From positions 4,234-68,233 of the forward strand of contig CASFOW010000045.1 of NCBI GenBank assembly GCA_949296705.1: 64,000 nucleotides of DNA, given 5' to 3'. Of this stretch, positions 9,983 to 18,800 are shown one piece after another. The notes under the pieces were generated by a model. That model ran no database searches, had not been told where the DNA came from, and saw nothing but the letters and a program-made list of their open reading frames with translations. Position 1 is the stretch's first letter, and each line of letters starts with the position of its first letter. The position numbers were made by a program, and so were the translations under genes. The stretch comes from an uncultured bacterium (lineage in GTDB: Bacteria > Bacillota_I > Bacilli_A > RF39 > UBA660).

Positions 9983-10092
9983 ATTTAATACAAAAAGAAA
10001 AGAGAACTCAACCAGCAAGTAAAAGTTCCCTTTGCTTAAAAAGCACCTTAAGTATACCAGAAATTTATAGAAATTGCAAACTGAGGTGCTGA
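9979..10092 (+). CDS. small basic protein (37 aa), start overlaps the previous stop
   Basis: RBS GGAGGGGAT then ATG at 9979. Ends by overlapping the ATG of the next gene (ATGA). Confidence 0.3.
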   Translation: MNLIQKEKRTQPASKSSLCLKSTLSIPEIYRNCKLRC

Positions 10093-10788
10093 ATGAAAGA
10101 TAATTTTTTATTAAAAAAGAGCCAGCAAGCGATATTTGACGCATTAAATGATGAAGATGCTGGAAAGTTAATCAAAGGAATATTTGATTATGTAAATACT
10201 GGAAATAGTAATTTAGATGGCTTATTAAATGCGGTATTTATACCCATCAAAGAATATATAGATCAAAATGAAGAAAATTACAAAAAAAGATGTGAGAAAA
10301 ATAAAGAAAACGTATCTAGACGGTGGAATCAAAATGAATACGAAACCATACCAAACGATACGAACGTATCAAGTGGTACAAAAAATGATACGAACGTATA
10401 CGAAGCTATACCAAACGATACTGATAATAATCATATATCACATATCACTAATCATAATTCATCTAAAGATAGAAAAAAAGTTAATGGGGGTATGGGGGAA
10501 GAAGAAAAAAAGGAAGAAAAAGAAAAATACGGCGAATACAAGAATGTACTACTTAGCAAGAAAGAATACGAATCACTGCAAAATGCATATTCCAACCACG
10601 AAGAACTTATTAAATTTCTTGATGAGTACATTGAAGAGAAAGGCTATAAGAGCAAAAGTCATTATTTAGCAATTCGTCGATGGGTAGTACAAGCTGTAAA
10701 TGAAAACAACGAGAGAAATACTAGTCAAAACAAGCAAAGTGGAAATATATTTTTAAATTATGCCGAGAGGAAGGGAATTCAATTATGA
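10093..10788 (+). CDS. putative phage replication protein or replisome organiser (DnaD/Phg_2220_C-like C-terminus) with internal iteron-like repeats
   Basis: C-terminal KSKSHYLAIRRWVVQAVNENNER resembles the conserved phage C-terminal domain of replisome organisers. Repeats are embedded in the gene at 10340-10425. Confidence 0.4.
   Translation: MKDNFLLKKSQQAIFDALNDEDAGKLIKGIFDYVNTGNSNLDGLLNAVFIPIKEYIDQNEENYKKRCEKNKENVSRRWNQNEYETIPNDTNVSSGTKNDTNVYEAIPNDTDNNHISHITNHNSSKDRKKVNGGMGEEEKKEEKEKYGEYKNVLLSKKEYESLQNAYSNHEELIKFLDEYIEEKGYKSKSHYLAIRRWVVQAVNENNERNTSQNKQSGNIFLNYAERKGIQL
10340..10425. repeat. iteron-like direct repeats (candidate phage replication origin)
   Basis: ATACCAAACGATA at 10348-10360 and 10408-10420. 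GATACGAACGTAT at 10357-10369 and 10387-10399. Confidence 0.45.
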
Positions 10789-11330
10789 CCAGAGAAGAAG
10801 TGCTAAAGATACTAGCTGTTTTAGAGACTGCTTATCCCAATTTCTATAAAAATTGTACTAGTGCTGAAGTTGATCAAATAGTTAGTCTATATCAGCTCAT
10901 GTTTAAAGATTGTAATTACAGATTAGTTTCTATGTCTATTACAGAGCTGATAAATACTTTTAAGTATCCTCCGACTATTGCAGATGTTAAGGAAAAAATG
11001 TATGAATTGACTACTCATGATAGTGAACAAACAGCTACAGAATTGTGGGACAAGCTTTTAAAGGCAATTCGGAATGGATATTACGGAGCCGAAGAAGAAT
11101 TTAAAAAATTACCTGATGAGGTTAAAGAATTTCTTAAAAGCCCAATTCATTTAAGAGAATTATCTGAAACAGATAGTTCTACGATTCATACAGTTGTAAA
11201 AGGCCAATTTTTAAAGCAAATTGAAATCATAAAGAAAAGGCGAAAAGCAGATTCGATGATGCATCCAGATACAAGAATAGCAATTAATAACGGTACAATA
11301 GCAGGTTTATTGAATAATGAATCACAATAA
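10785..11330 (+). CDS. phage replication-module protein, possibly a G39P-like helicase loader
   Basis: N-terminus MTREEVLKILAVLETAYPNFY resembles loader/inhibitor-of-G40P family N-termini, from memory only. Start is translationally coupled to the upstream gene. Confidence 0.3.
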   Translation: MTREEVLKILAVLETAYPNFYKNCTSAEVDQIVSLYQLMFKDCNYRLVSMSITELINTFKYPPTIADVKEKMYELTTHDSEQTATELWDKLLKAIRNGYYGAEEEFKKLPDEVKEFLKSPIHLRELSETDSSTIHTVVKGQFLKQIEIIKKRRKADSMMHPDTRIAINNGTIAGLLNNESQ

Positions 11331-11562
11331 TTTTAAATTTAATTTCTCACTGTTATACATATCCTGTTCTTGCGGAAATTACTTTAAAAATACTACATGG
11401 TTATCTAATTTTTTAAAAATTATGATCGATCCAAAACAGGATAAGCAAAAGATAGCTGTATCTTGGAAGTGTCCGCGATGCCACAAAATTAAGATTATTG
11501 ATTTATTGATAGTTAAAAATCACAATATGTTTTTTGTAAAAAAATTAAAGGAGAATCTATGA
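11317..11562 (+). CDS. small zinc-ribbon protein
   Basis: CSCGN...CPRCHK cysteine pairs. Confidence 0.35.
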   Translation: MNHNNFKFNFSLLYISCSCGNYFKNTTWLSNFLKIMIDPKQDKQKIAVSWKCPRCHKIKIIDLLIVKNHNMFFVKKLKENL

Positions 11563-11774
11563 AAAATGAAGATTTAAAAAAGATAGTTCAAGAATTAAAG
11601 AATACTGATGATGTTAAGGATGTCCAAAAATGTTTATCACAATTTCATGATAGGTATTTATTTCTAGAAATTATAAATTATTTACTGAATGAATTATCTG
11701 ATGTTGAAATTGAGTTAAGTATTATAAATCGTCAATTAAAAAAAGAGAGTGAAAAGGAGTTGGAAATTATATGA
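11559..11774 (+). CDS. hypothetical phage protein
   Basis: Overlapping start and stop with its neighbours (operon). Confidence 0.35.
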   Translation: MKNEDLKKIVQELKNTDDVKDVQKCLSQFHDRYLFLEIINYLLNELSDVEIELSIINRQLKKESEKELEII

Positions 11775-12304
11775 AGATTTTGACGAAAAGACAATATGAA
11801 GGATTATTAGATGAAATTAGTATGGCTGAGCGTGCTAGAAATGCAGAAATTTCAAGACATCGTAAGAATAAAGATGAATATGAGAAGCAATTAAAAGAAT
11901 TAGAAACATTAAAAAATAAAGCAATTGAGGAATTGGAAAATCGAGTTAAAGAATTAGAAAAAGGCTTAGAAACTACAATTTTAGAAAAAGAGCAAAAAAT
12001 TAAAGATATAGAGAAAGTCAATAGAACCGCAATTGCTTATAAAGGAAACTGTGTTAGAAATTCTAATCATATAGAAAAATTAGTCCAAGAGCAAAAAGAG
12101 TTAAAGAAATCTTTTGAAGAAGAAAAGAAAAATTTAATTCAAAGTTATGAAGATAGAATTAAGAGTTTAGAAGGTAAGAATAAAATACAAGAAAATAAAA
12201 TCAAAGAGTTAGCATCACAAGTGACTCATGATTCATTAGAATATAAAAATAATGGGCTGCCAACTAAAACAAAGAAAAATCTTAGACAATTAAGAAATAA
12301 GTAA
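11771..12304 (+). CDS. coiled-coil phage protein
   Basis: K/E-rich heptad-like sequence. 177 aa. Confidence 0.4.
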   Translation: MKILTKRQYEGLLDEISMAERARNAEISRHRKNKDEYEKQLKELETLKNKAIEELENRVKELEKGLETTILEKEQKIKDIEKVNRTAIAYKGNCVRNSNHIEKLVQEQKELKKSFEEEKKNLIQSYEDRIKSLEGKNKIQENKIKELASQVTHDSLEYKNNGLPTKTKKNLRQLRNK

Positions 12305-12474
12305 AATTAATATTTTAAAAATCCCACATATCCATTAATCACTCCCTAATTTATAGATATAAAATCACGAATCATAGCAAGTTTTAGGATTGACGTTATC
12401 AATCCGTGTGGGATTGTTAGCTATGATTCAAACTATTAATAATAAAAAATAATAAAAATTGGAGGAAAAAGAAA

Positions 12475-12729
12475 ATGAAAATTACAAAAGTTGTCGTTAG
12501 AAAAGTTGAAAAAGAAAATTCTAGAATCAAAGGTATCGCATCAGCAATACTAGATAACTGCTTTGCGGTACATGATATTCGTATTATTGAAGGCGAAAAG
12601 GGATTATTTATTGCTATGCCTAGTAAAAAGCATGCTGGAACGTTTAGAGATGTAGCTCATCCGGTTGATCCAGAAACTCGTTCTATGTTTGAAAATAAAA
12701 TTATAGAAGCTTACAAAAATACGAAATAG
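12475..12729 (+). CDS. spoVG: SpoVG-family protein (phage-encoded)
   Basis: MKITKVVVRKVEKENSRIKGIASAILDNCFAVHDIRIIEGEKGLFIAMPSKK..FRDVAHPVD aligns along the whole length with SpoVG. RBS GGAGGAAAAAG. Confidence 0.8.
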   Translation: MKITKVVVRKVEKENSRIKGIASAILDNCFAVHDIRIIEGEKGLFIAMPSKKHAGTFRDVAHPVDPETRSMFENKIIEAYKNTK

Positions 12730-12823
12730 TACTTATTAGTTAGACAAGGGAAGATTTCTTTTCATCGTTTATCTTCCCTTGATATTTAAAAATAGTAAGT
12801 TGAGTTGGATATGAGGTGATTAG

Positions 12824-13063
12824 ATGAATGATTATGAAAAATTGAGGGAAAAACAACTAGAGTTTTTAGATAAATGGAATCAATCAATTGTTATTCCAGC
12901 AAGAAAAGAAGCAAAACATGACCATTTTAGAGTTAGCTTGAATGAAATATATGCTTTAAGAATTGATGACATAACTTTTTTCGCAGACCAAAACAAAATG
13001 ACTTTTGAATATGATGACTTAGTTGGAAACGGAATTATTTTTAAAGATATAAAATGGAGATAG
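12824..13063 (+). CDS. hypothetical phage protein
   Basis: ORF with RBS GAGGTGA. Confidence 0.4.
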   Translation: MNDYEKLREKQLEFLDKWNQSIVIPARKEAKHDHFRVSLNEIYALRIDDITFFADQNKMTFEYDDLVGNGIIFKDIKWR

Positions 13064-13314
13064 TAAATGTTAAAGATTAAAGATAATGTAGATTAAAAAG
13101 AGTTAGAAAAGTTTGGATTTAAGTACAACGATGTTTATAACTATTATTATTTTAATATAGATATTTCTGAAAGATTAGAAATAGACAAGTTATCTCATGA
13201 AATACACTTATTTATTGATGATGAATATTACTGTTGTTGGACTGGTAATAACACGTTTGATTTACTATATGACCTAATAAAAGCAGATTTAGTAGAGAAA
13301 GTAGGCGATAAGTA

Positions 13315-13596
13315 ATGTTAGAGAAAGAAAAATTAATCTGTCCTTACTGTTACGAAGAAGATGGTCATATCCACGGTAAAGTGATTCATACATACGAATT
13401 AAAGACAACCGCAGGATATAGAGAGCCGGCTAATTATAAAGACTATCTAAATATTTTTATTTTAAAAGGTAAGCAAGAAAAATTTGCCGGATTAATGATA
13501 GAAAATCTAAATGGTACCAGATACATAGATATTAGATATTGCCCTTTTTGTGGAAGAAAATTGTACAAGGATAATGTAAAAAGAGAGGTGGAATAA
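13315..13596 (+). CDS. small zinc-ribbon protein
   Basis: CPYCYEED...CPFCGRK. Confidence 0.4.
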   Translation: MLEKEKLICPYCYEEDGHIHGKVIHTYELKTTAGYREPANYKDYLNIFILKGKQEKFAGLMIENLNGTRYIDIRYCPFCGRKLYKDNVKREVE

Positions 13597-13602
13597 ATAA
13601 GT

Positions 13603-14076
13603 TTGAAAACTATAAAAAACGAAAATGGTGTTTATGTAGAATTGCCAAAAGATAAAATCGAATTTGTATCTAAAGAAGCAGAAATTATTTACGATTTGTC
13701 TTTGGAAAATGACTTTTTAGAAAAAGAAAATCAAGAACTAAAGAAACAACTAGAATATTTAAGAAGCGGAGAATACCTTAACCAATTAAAATTTGAAAGG
13801 AATATGCTAGAAGATGTGGTTAATAAAGGAGAAGTATCAAAAGAAGATAAAGAATTCATTGATATGACACACAGAAATACAGAATTATTAGAGCAACAAA
13901 AAGAGTTTATAGAGTGGTTAGAACAAAATATAGAAAATGAAGAATATTGCTATTTAGCACAAAACCCTAGTGAACGTTGCAGAAAAGATGTCTTTGAAGA
14001 AATCTTATCAAAATATAAAGAAATAATAGGTAAGGACATTAATGTCAGTACCAAGGAGATGATAAAAAATGACTGA
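13603..14076 (+). CDS. hypothetical phage protein (coiled-coil)
   Basis: ORF in operon context. Confidence 0.4.
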   Translation: MKTIKNENGVYVELPKDKIEFVSKEAEIIYDLSLENDFLEKENQELKKQLEYLRSGEYLNQLKFERNMLEDVVNKGEVSKEDKEFIDMTHRNTELLEQQKEFIEWLEQNIENEEYCYLAQNPSERCRKDVFEEILSKYKEIIGKDINVSTKEMIKND

Positions 14077-14254
14077 ACAGGAACTAAGAGATGTGTTTGA
14101 CTGGTTACAAAAGAATATGAATCAACAAGGCTTTTTCTATTTTAAATTGACTGATATGAATCAGATTTCAGCTTATTGGAAAATTAATAATCATCTTGCT
14201 GCTGCATTTTATATTAATAGGATTATGAGAGTGTTGAAGGAATGTGATAAATAA
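14069..14254 (+). CDS. hypothetical phage protein
   Basis: Start and stop overlap adjacent genes. Confidence 0.35.
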   Translation: MTEQELRDVFDWLQKNMNQQGFFYFKLTDMNQISAYWKINNHLAAAFYINRIMRVLKECDK

Positions 14255-14505
14255 TGCTAGAAATAGATAATGACTTAAGAGATATATTTATATCAGCGCT
14301 AAGATATTCGCTGTATCGTAAAACTTATGTATTCGAAGAAACAATATCTTACATTATGAATAATCAACGTATTTTAGACGAAAGAACAGCAAGAGTAATG
14401 CTTAAAGATGTTGAGAATAGAATGACAGAAGGTAACTTACAAGGTTTTGAATTCAATATTTTAGAAGAGTTTAGAAACGTTTTAAAGGAATTGCTAGGAG
14501 AGTGA
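14254..14505 (+). CDS. hypothetical phage protein
   Basis: Start overlaps the previous stop. Confidence 0.35.
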   Translation: MLEIDNDLRDIFISALRYSLYRKTYVFEETISYIMNNQRILDERTARVMLKDVENRMTEGNLQGFEFNILEEFRNVLKELLGE

Positions 14506-14510
14506 TATAG

Positions 14511-14924
14511 ATGGAAATAACGTTATATGAACTATTAGGACTAATCAAAGATGATAAGGCACCAAAGAAGATAAGATGTTTGGGGCGCGATTACGAATAT
14601 TCAACTAACGATGAAGGTATAGATTATATCGGGATTGACAAAGAAACTGGGATTAAGTATTACTTGTCTGATGTTATCGGAGATAATTATCTAGGCTTTA
14701 TATTTTCTACAACGGTAGAAACCATTGAAAGAGAAAAAGAGATAGAAGAAATTTCTAATGAACATAACTTTTATAGTTATTCAGAATACAATGAACGAAA
14801 GAACGAAATTGATAAAATTATATATATAGTTAGCGCAATCAATAGTGTAAATAATAGATTATCAGATACTAATATTAAAATCAACGAATTAATAAGAAGA
14901 GTAAATAAGCTAAAAAATGATTAG
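14511..14924 (+). CDS. hypothetical phage protein
   Basis: ORF in operon context. Confidence 0.35.
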   Translation: MEITLYELLGLIKDDKAPKKIRCLGRDYEYSTNDEGIDYIGIDKETGIKYYLSDVIGDNYLGFIFSTTVETIEREKEIEEISNEHNFYSYSEYNERKNEIDKIIYIVSAINSVNNRLSDTNIKINELIRRVNKLKND

Positions 14925-14974
14925 TGTATATTATTTCGTGGATGCTGATGAAATTATTTTTTGGGAGGAAGAAG

Positions 14975-15316
14975 ATGAATAGTGATGAAATTCAACAAGA
15001 AGATATACTTCTAAAAAAAATAATTTGTCTTGAAAAACAAGTAGATTATTTAAGAAGAAGCTGTGAAAGAAAAGAAGAATTAATTATTGAATTGCGTGAC
15101 GAAAAGATCCCTTATACAAATTACTATGTTAAAAAATTAGAGAAAAAAATAGATTATGCACTAGAAATTTTATCAGAAACAATGCCTCCTTGTAAAAATA
15201 ATTTCATGTGCGTAGATGCTTTTTCTTATGAAACAAATTGTAAAAGAACTAAAGAACAATATAAAAAATGTTGGGATTTGCATATCGAGACTAAAATTAG
15301 AGAAAAAGGTAAATAA
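14975..15316 (+). CDS. hypothetical phage protein
   Basis: RBS GGGAGGAAG before the ATG at 14975, internal to ORF 14924..15316. Confidence 0.35.
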   Translation: MNSDEIQQEDILLKKIICLEKQVDYLRRSCERKEELIIELRDEKIPYTNYYVKKLEKKIDYALEILSETMPPCKNNFMCVDAFSYETNCKRTKEQYKKCWDLHIETKIREKGK

Positions 15317-15413
15317 TAACTATTTTTTATCTGCCAAAAATATTAAAAACTATTTAGATAAAAAAATATGAGTTTTAGCCTTATTTTATATAGAAAAAAG
15401 TGGTATTAGAAGT

Positions 15414-15442
15414 GTGCAATATAATATGCGGTTATCTTGCAC
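15414..15442. repeat. 29-bp dif-like tyrosine-recombinase core site (11-bp inverted arms, 7-bp spacer), copy 1, inside a ~100-bp direct repeat (15346-15446)
   Basis: GTGCAATATAA-tatgcgg-TTATCTTGCAC. The surrounding ~100 bp is ~90% identical to 16612-16712. Confidence 0.55.
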
Positions 15443-15468
15443 GTAATTGTGAATGAAAGGGGTGAAAT

Positions 15469-16350
15469 ATGACAAAAAAAGAACTCAAAGAAAAGATAGA
15501 AGAATTTTGTGAAAATGAAATACTTAATGAAAAAACTTCTAAAACAGTAGTTGATTATAGGAATTGTTTGAATAAATTTTATGAATATCTTGATAGTGAT
15601 GAAATAGAATTCACTAAAAATTTTACTATAAAGTACAAATTATACCTACAAGAACTATTAGAATCTGGACAAGCTAAAGTTTCATCAATTAATAAATATG
15701 TAGTTATATTTAATAAATTTCTTAAATATTTGAATGAGGATTACAAAACAATTACTATCAAACAATTTAGAGCTCAGCAAAAATCTTCTTTAGAAAATCA
15801 AATGTCTAATTCAGAGCATAAAAGATTATTAAGAAAGTCCAAAGAAATTGGAAATGATGAATTATACATGATAATCAAAACCTTTGCTCAAACAGCTATC
15901 AGAATTAGTGAGTTAAGATATTTTACTGTTGAAAATATACAAAAAGGCCCATATATTGATATCTATAGTAAAGGAAAAGAACGAAAGATAATTTTAATTG
16001 GAGATCTACATCGCTCTTTAAAAAAATATTGTAAAGAGCATAAGATAACGGAAGGTTTTATATTTAGAAGCCCAGATCCGAAAAGAAAAAATGATCCTAA
16101 TAAAATGATAGATTCTTCGACAATTTGGAGACAACTTAAAAAAGTCGGAGGGATAGCGAGAGTAAATTTAGATCATATTCATCCGCATGGCTGGAGACAT
16201 TTGTTCGCAAAAGCATATTTAGAATTGCCTGGATCATCGATAACAGAATTAATGGATATTTTAGGTCATTCAAAAATGGAGACTACAAGTATTTATACAA
16301 GAACTACTTTACAAGAAAAAAAGAAAAAAATGGAGATGATTAAATTTTGA
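15469..16350 (+). CDS. tyrosine site-specific recombinase (XerC/XerD-like)
   Basis: C-terminal catalytic motifs HPHGWRHLFAKAYLE...LGHSKMETTSIYTRTT (R..HxxR...Y). N-terminal core-binding domain. Confidence 0.8.
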   Translation: MTKKELKEKIEEFCENEILNEKTSKTVVDYRNCLNKFYEYLDSDEIEFTKNFTIKYKLYLQELLESGQAKVSSINKYVVIFNKFLKYLNEDYKTITIKQFRAQQKSSLENQMSNSEHKRLLRKSKEIGNDELYMIIKTFAQTAIRISELRYFTVENIQKGPYIDIYSKGKERKIILIGDLHRSLKKYCKEHKITEGFIFRSPDPKRKNDPNKMIDSSTIWRQLKKVGGIARVNLDHIHPHGWRHLFAKAYLELPGSSITELMDILGHSKMETTSIYTRTTLQEKKKKMEMIKF

Positions 16351-16598
16351 AATCGGATATCGAGAAGGAATTAGAAGAATTAAAATTCGAATTTAAAGAA
16401 AGAATTGGCAAAATAGAAAATAAATATAAAAACATTCGTAAATTAGTACCAGCTATTTTAAATAAACTTAATTGTGATTATCTAGAATTTAGCTTAGAAG
16501 AAGTAAATAAAAATAATTCGATATATATTGTTGATTATGATTGGCAATCTAATAAAATAATTATCCAGAAACTATCGGATAAAAGTAATGAAATATAG
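16347..16598 (+). CDS. hypothetical protein co-transcribed with the tyrosine recombinase
   Basis: Start overlaps the recombinase stop. Confidence 0.4.
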   Translation: MKSDIEKELEELKFEFKERIGKIENKYKNIRKLVPAILNKLNCDYLEFSLEEVNKNNSIYIVDYDWQSNKIIIQKLSDKSNEI

Positions 16599-16679
16599 GT
16601 CGAAAATCACAAAAACTATTTAGATAAAAAAATACGAGTTTTATCCTTATTTTATATAGAAAAAAGTCGGATTGGAAGT

Positions 16680-16708
16680 GTGCAATATAATTCACAGTTA
16701 TCTTGCAC
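16680..16708. repeat. 29-bp dif-like core site, copy 2, with identical arms and a different 7-bp spacer, inside the second ~100-bp direct repeat (16612-16712)
   Basis: GTGCAATATAA-ttcacag-TTATCTTGCAC. Confidence 0.55.
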
Positions 16709-16737
16709 GTAAAAAATGGAAAGGAAATTGATAAACA

Positions 16738-16956
16738 ATGAGAATTAATAAAGACAAAAAGGATGAAGTTTATAGGATTTTAAAGGAAAAAGGATTTAAA
16801 GAAGATGATCATTTTTTATATATAGAAGAAAATAATGATTGCTTTGCTTTGAATAAAGAAGATAATACATTTAATTTAGTTGGTAATTCACCTAAAAATT
16901 TAGATTATTATATTAATTATTTTGAATTACAGGAGTTTATTGATGAAAGATCGTGA
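16738..16956 (+). CDS. hypothetical phage protein
   Basis: RBS GGAAAGGAAAT before the ATG. Confidence 0.4.
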   Translation: MRINKDKKDEVYRILKEKGFKEDDHFLYIEENNDCFALNKEDNTFNLVGNSPKNLDYYINYFELQEFIDERS

Positions 16957-17098
16957 AAAAGAGATTCGGTATTTAATCTATTTAAAATCCGAAATTTTAA
17001 AACAAACAAAAAAAGATTTAAAAAATTTAAGAAATGAATTAGATTCTTTGAATAATAGGGGGGTACAAAAAACGAAAAAGTTTAGAAAGGGGAATTAA
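16943..17098 (+). CDS. small basic coiled-coil protein (51 aa), absent from the ORF track
   Basis: RBS AGGAG 7 nt before the ATG at 16943. MKDREKEIRYLIYLKSEILKQTKKDLKNLRNELDSLNNRG... Confidence 0.3.
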   Translation: MKDREKEIRYLIYLKSEILKQTKKDLKNLRNELDSLNNRGVQKTKKFRKGN

Positions 17099-17099
17099 A

Positions 17100-17318
17100 T
17101 TGATAGATATTTTTACGAGTAACAGTTATGAATTAGAGTATGAATTATATCAAGAATATCCAAGATTTAATGTATATAAAGTTTATAAAAAATACAAAAA
17201 AGATTCTAAAAGAGTTTTTTTGTATATGACAACAAAGGTCCGTCAAGATTTTGGAAAAAAATTAAAGCCCAAAGAAGATCTTGTTTCTGATTTAAACAAA
17301 CTAATGGGAGTTAAATGA
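17100..17318 (+). CDS. hypothetical phage protein (TTG start)
   Basis: RBS AAAGGGG. Stop overlaps the next gene. Confidence 0.35.
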   Translation: MIDIFTSNSYELEYELYQEYPRFNVYKVYKKYKKDSKRVFLYMTTKVRQDFGKKLKPKEDLVSDLNKLMGVK

Positions 17319-17749
17319 TGAAAAGTATTTCTAACGAATATGATGAAAAGGTTAGATATTTGAAGGGATATTATTGGATAATTCAAAATCTTATTGACGA
17401 ACTTATACGCAGTAAAGAAGATAGTTATCTAAAGGCTTCGCAAATTTCTGGTATGCCTAAAAGTCAAATAATTAGAACGATTGATGATGTTTATCAAGAA
17501 AAGATAATCAGAATAGAGAAGCTGGATAAAAAAATAAGAGAATATTATTCTCGAAAAAAAGAAATCGAACAAGTGATAGATGCGTTGGAAGATCCACAAC
17601 AACGTTATGTTTTAAAAAATAAATATATGTATTTTAAAACCTTTGAAGAGATATCTATTAATTTAGATAAATCATGTAAACAAATTTCTAGATGGCATAG
17701 CGAAGCCATTAATAATTTAAAGTTACCAAGCTCAGTAAATCAATGCTGA
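17315..17749 (+). CDS. ArpU-family phage late-gene transcriptional regulator (sigma-factor-like)
   Basis: C-terminal region-4-like segment LKNKYMYFKTFEEISINLDKSCKQISRWHSEAINNL. Positioned just before the packaging genes. Confidence 0.55.
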   Translation: MMKSISNEYDEKVRYLKGYYWIIQNLIDELIRSKEDSYLKASQISGMPKSQIIRTIDDVYQEKIIRIEKLDKKIREYYSRKKEIEQVIDALEDPQQRYVLKNKYMYFKTFEEISINLDKSCKQISRWHSEAINNLKLPSSVNQC

Positions 17750-17760
17750 GCTTTAAAAAT

Positions 17761-17810
17761 GTCCGGTAATGTCCTGTAATGTCCGGTAATGTCCTGTAAT
17801 GTCCGGTTGA
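17761..17810. repeat. tandem 10-bp repeat GTCC(G/T)GTAAT x ~4.5 between arpU and the HNH gene
   Basis: gtccggtaat gtcctgtaat gtccggtaat gtcctgtaat gtccggttga. Confidence 0.7.
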
Positions 17811-17880
17811 AATGTGCTATTCTGGTATCATGGAATTATTGAAAGAGAGTGAAAGAACTCTCTTTTTCTATGTGGTGGTT

Positions 17881-18249
17881 ATGAAAAAAAGAAGAAAGAG
17901 ACGAAAAACTTATGATTGGCAATTGGAAATTATAAAAGGGAATACTACTGCGTTTTATAAGTCTACAGACTTTGACATCTTAAGAGAGTTTGTCCTAGAA
18001 AGAGACCATTATACTTGTCAATTCTTTTTAGGAGCATGGGATGATGGAATCCATAAGCCACATTTTATAAAGCCAATTAGAGCAACTACAGTTCATCATA
18101 TAATTCCAATTAAAGAAAGACCTGATCTTGCATTGGATCCAGATAATTGTGTATCATTATCGCATTTAGCACATGAAATTGTTGAGGATAGGCATAGATT
18201 CCATTTTAAAAAGAAGAAAAAGCCTATTACGTTTGAAAGGTGGGATTAA
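17881..18249 (+). CDS. HNH endonuclease (packaging-associated)
   Basis: YTCQFF...TTVHHIIPIKERPDLALDPDNCVSLSHLAHE HNH signature. Start uncertain: the ORF opens at 17812, and ATG 17881 was chosen. Confidence 0.7.
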   Translation: MKKRRKRRKTYDWQLEIIKGNTTAFYKSTDFDILREFVLERDHYTCQFFLGAWDDGIHKPHFIKPIRATTVHHIIPIKERPDLALDPDNCVSLSHLAHEIVEDRHRFHFKKKKKPITFERWD

Positions 18250-18364
18250 GATTGGAAAATAAATACCCCCGGTCGAATCCTAAAGGGAAAAATCTGTTAA
18301 GGGGAGCGGGTGTGGTGGCACTGACTGTTTTGGTTTTTCCATCGCGCGCACGCACATATGAAGA

Positions 18365-18799
18365 ATGATTAAAGTGATTTGCGGAATGGCAGGAAGTGGA
18401 AAAACCACTTATGCTTTGAATAACAAAAAGGAAGAAGACATTATGCTAGATATAGATTATTTTAAAGTATGCTTTCAAAATGAAGTGATGATATCTACTT
18501 TAAAAGAACTACAAATAGCTTGCATAGATTTCTTTTTAGATACAGGTGTTGATATCTGGTATATAACCTGTTATCCAAGCAGTGCGGAGTTAGCTAGTTT
18601 TCCTGCAGATACACAGTTTTTTTGGATAAACACTGATTATAGTCGATGTTGTCAAAATATTAGGGAAAGAGATAAAGAAAAATCAAACTCATCTCAGGAA
18701 CAACTTATGCAATTTAACAAAAAAATTCAAGAAAAGTATTTGACTAGCAACATTGTATTTCAAACAATAGATGTATTTGAATCAGAGGAGAGGTGGTAG
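18365..18799 (+). CDS. small P-loop NTPase of unknown role
   Basis: Walker A ICGMAGSGKTTYAL at the N-terminus. 144 aa. Confidence 0.45.
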   Translation: MIKVICGMAGSGKTTYALNNKKEEDIMLDIDYFKVCFQNEVMISTLKELQIACIDFFLDTGVDIWYITCYPSSAELASFPADTQFFWINTDYSRCCQNIRERDKEKSNSSQEQLMQFNKKIQEKYLTSNIVFQTIDVFESEERW

Positions 18800-18800
18800 A

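Noticed and set aside
17761-17810. Possible CRISPR array
   Set aside because: The units are only 10 bp with no spacers, and there is no cas gene nearby. It is a simple tandem repeat in a phage late-control region.
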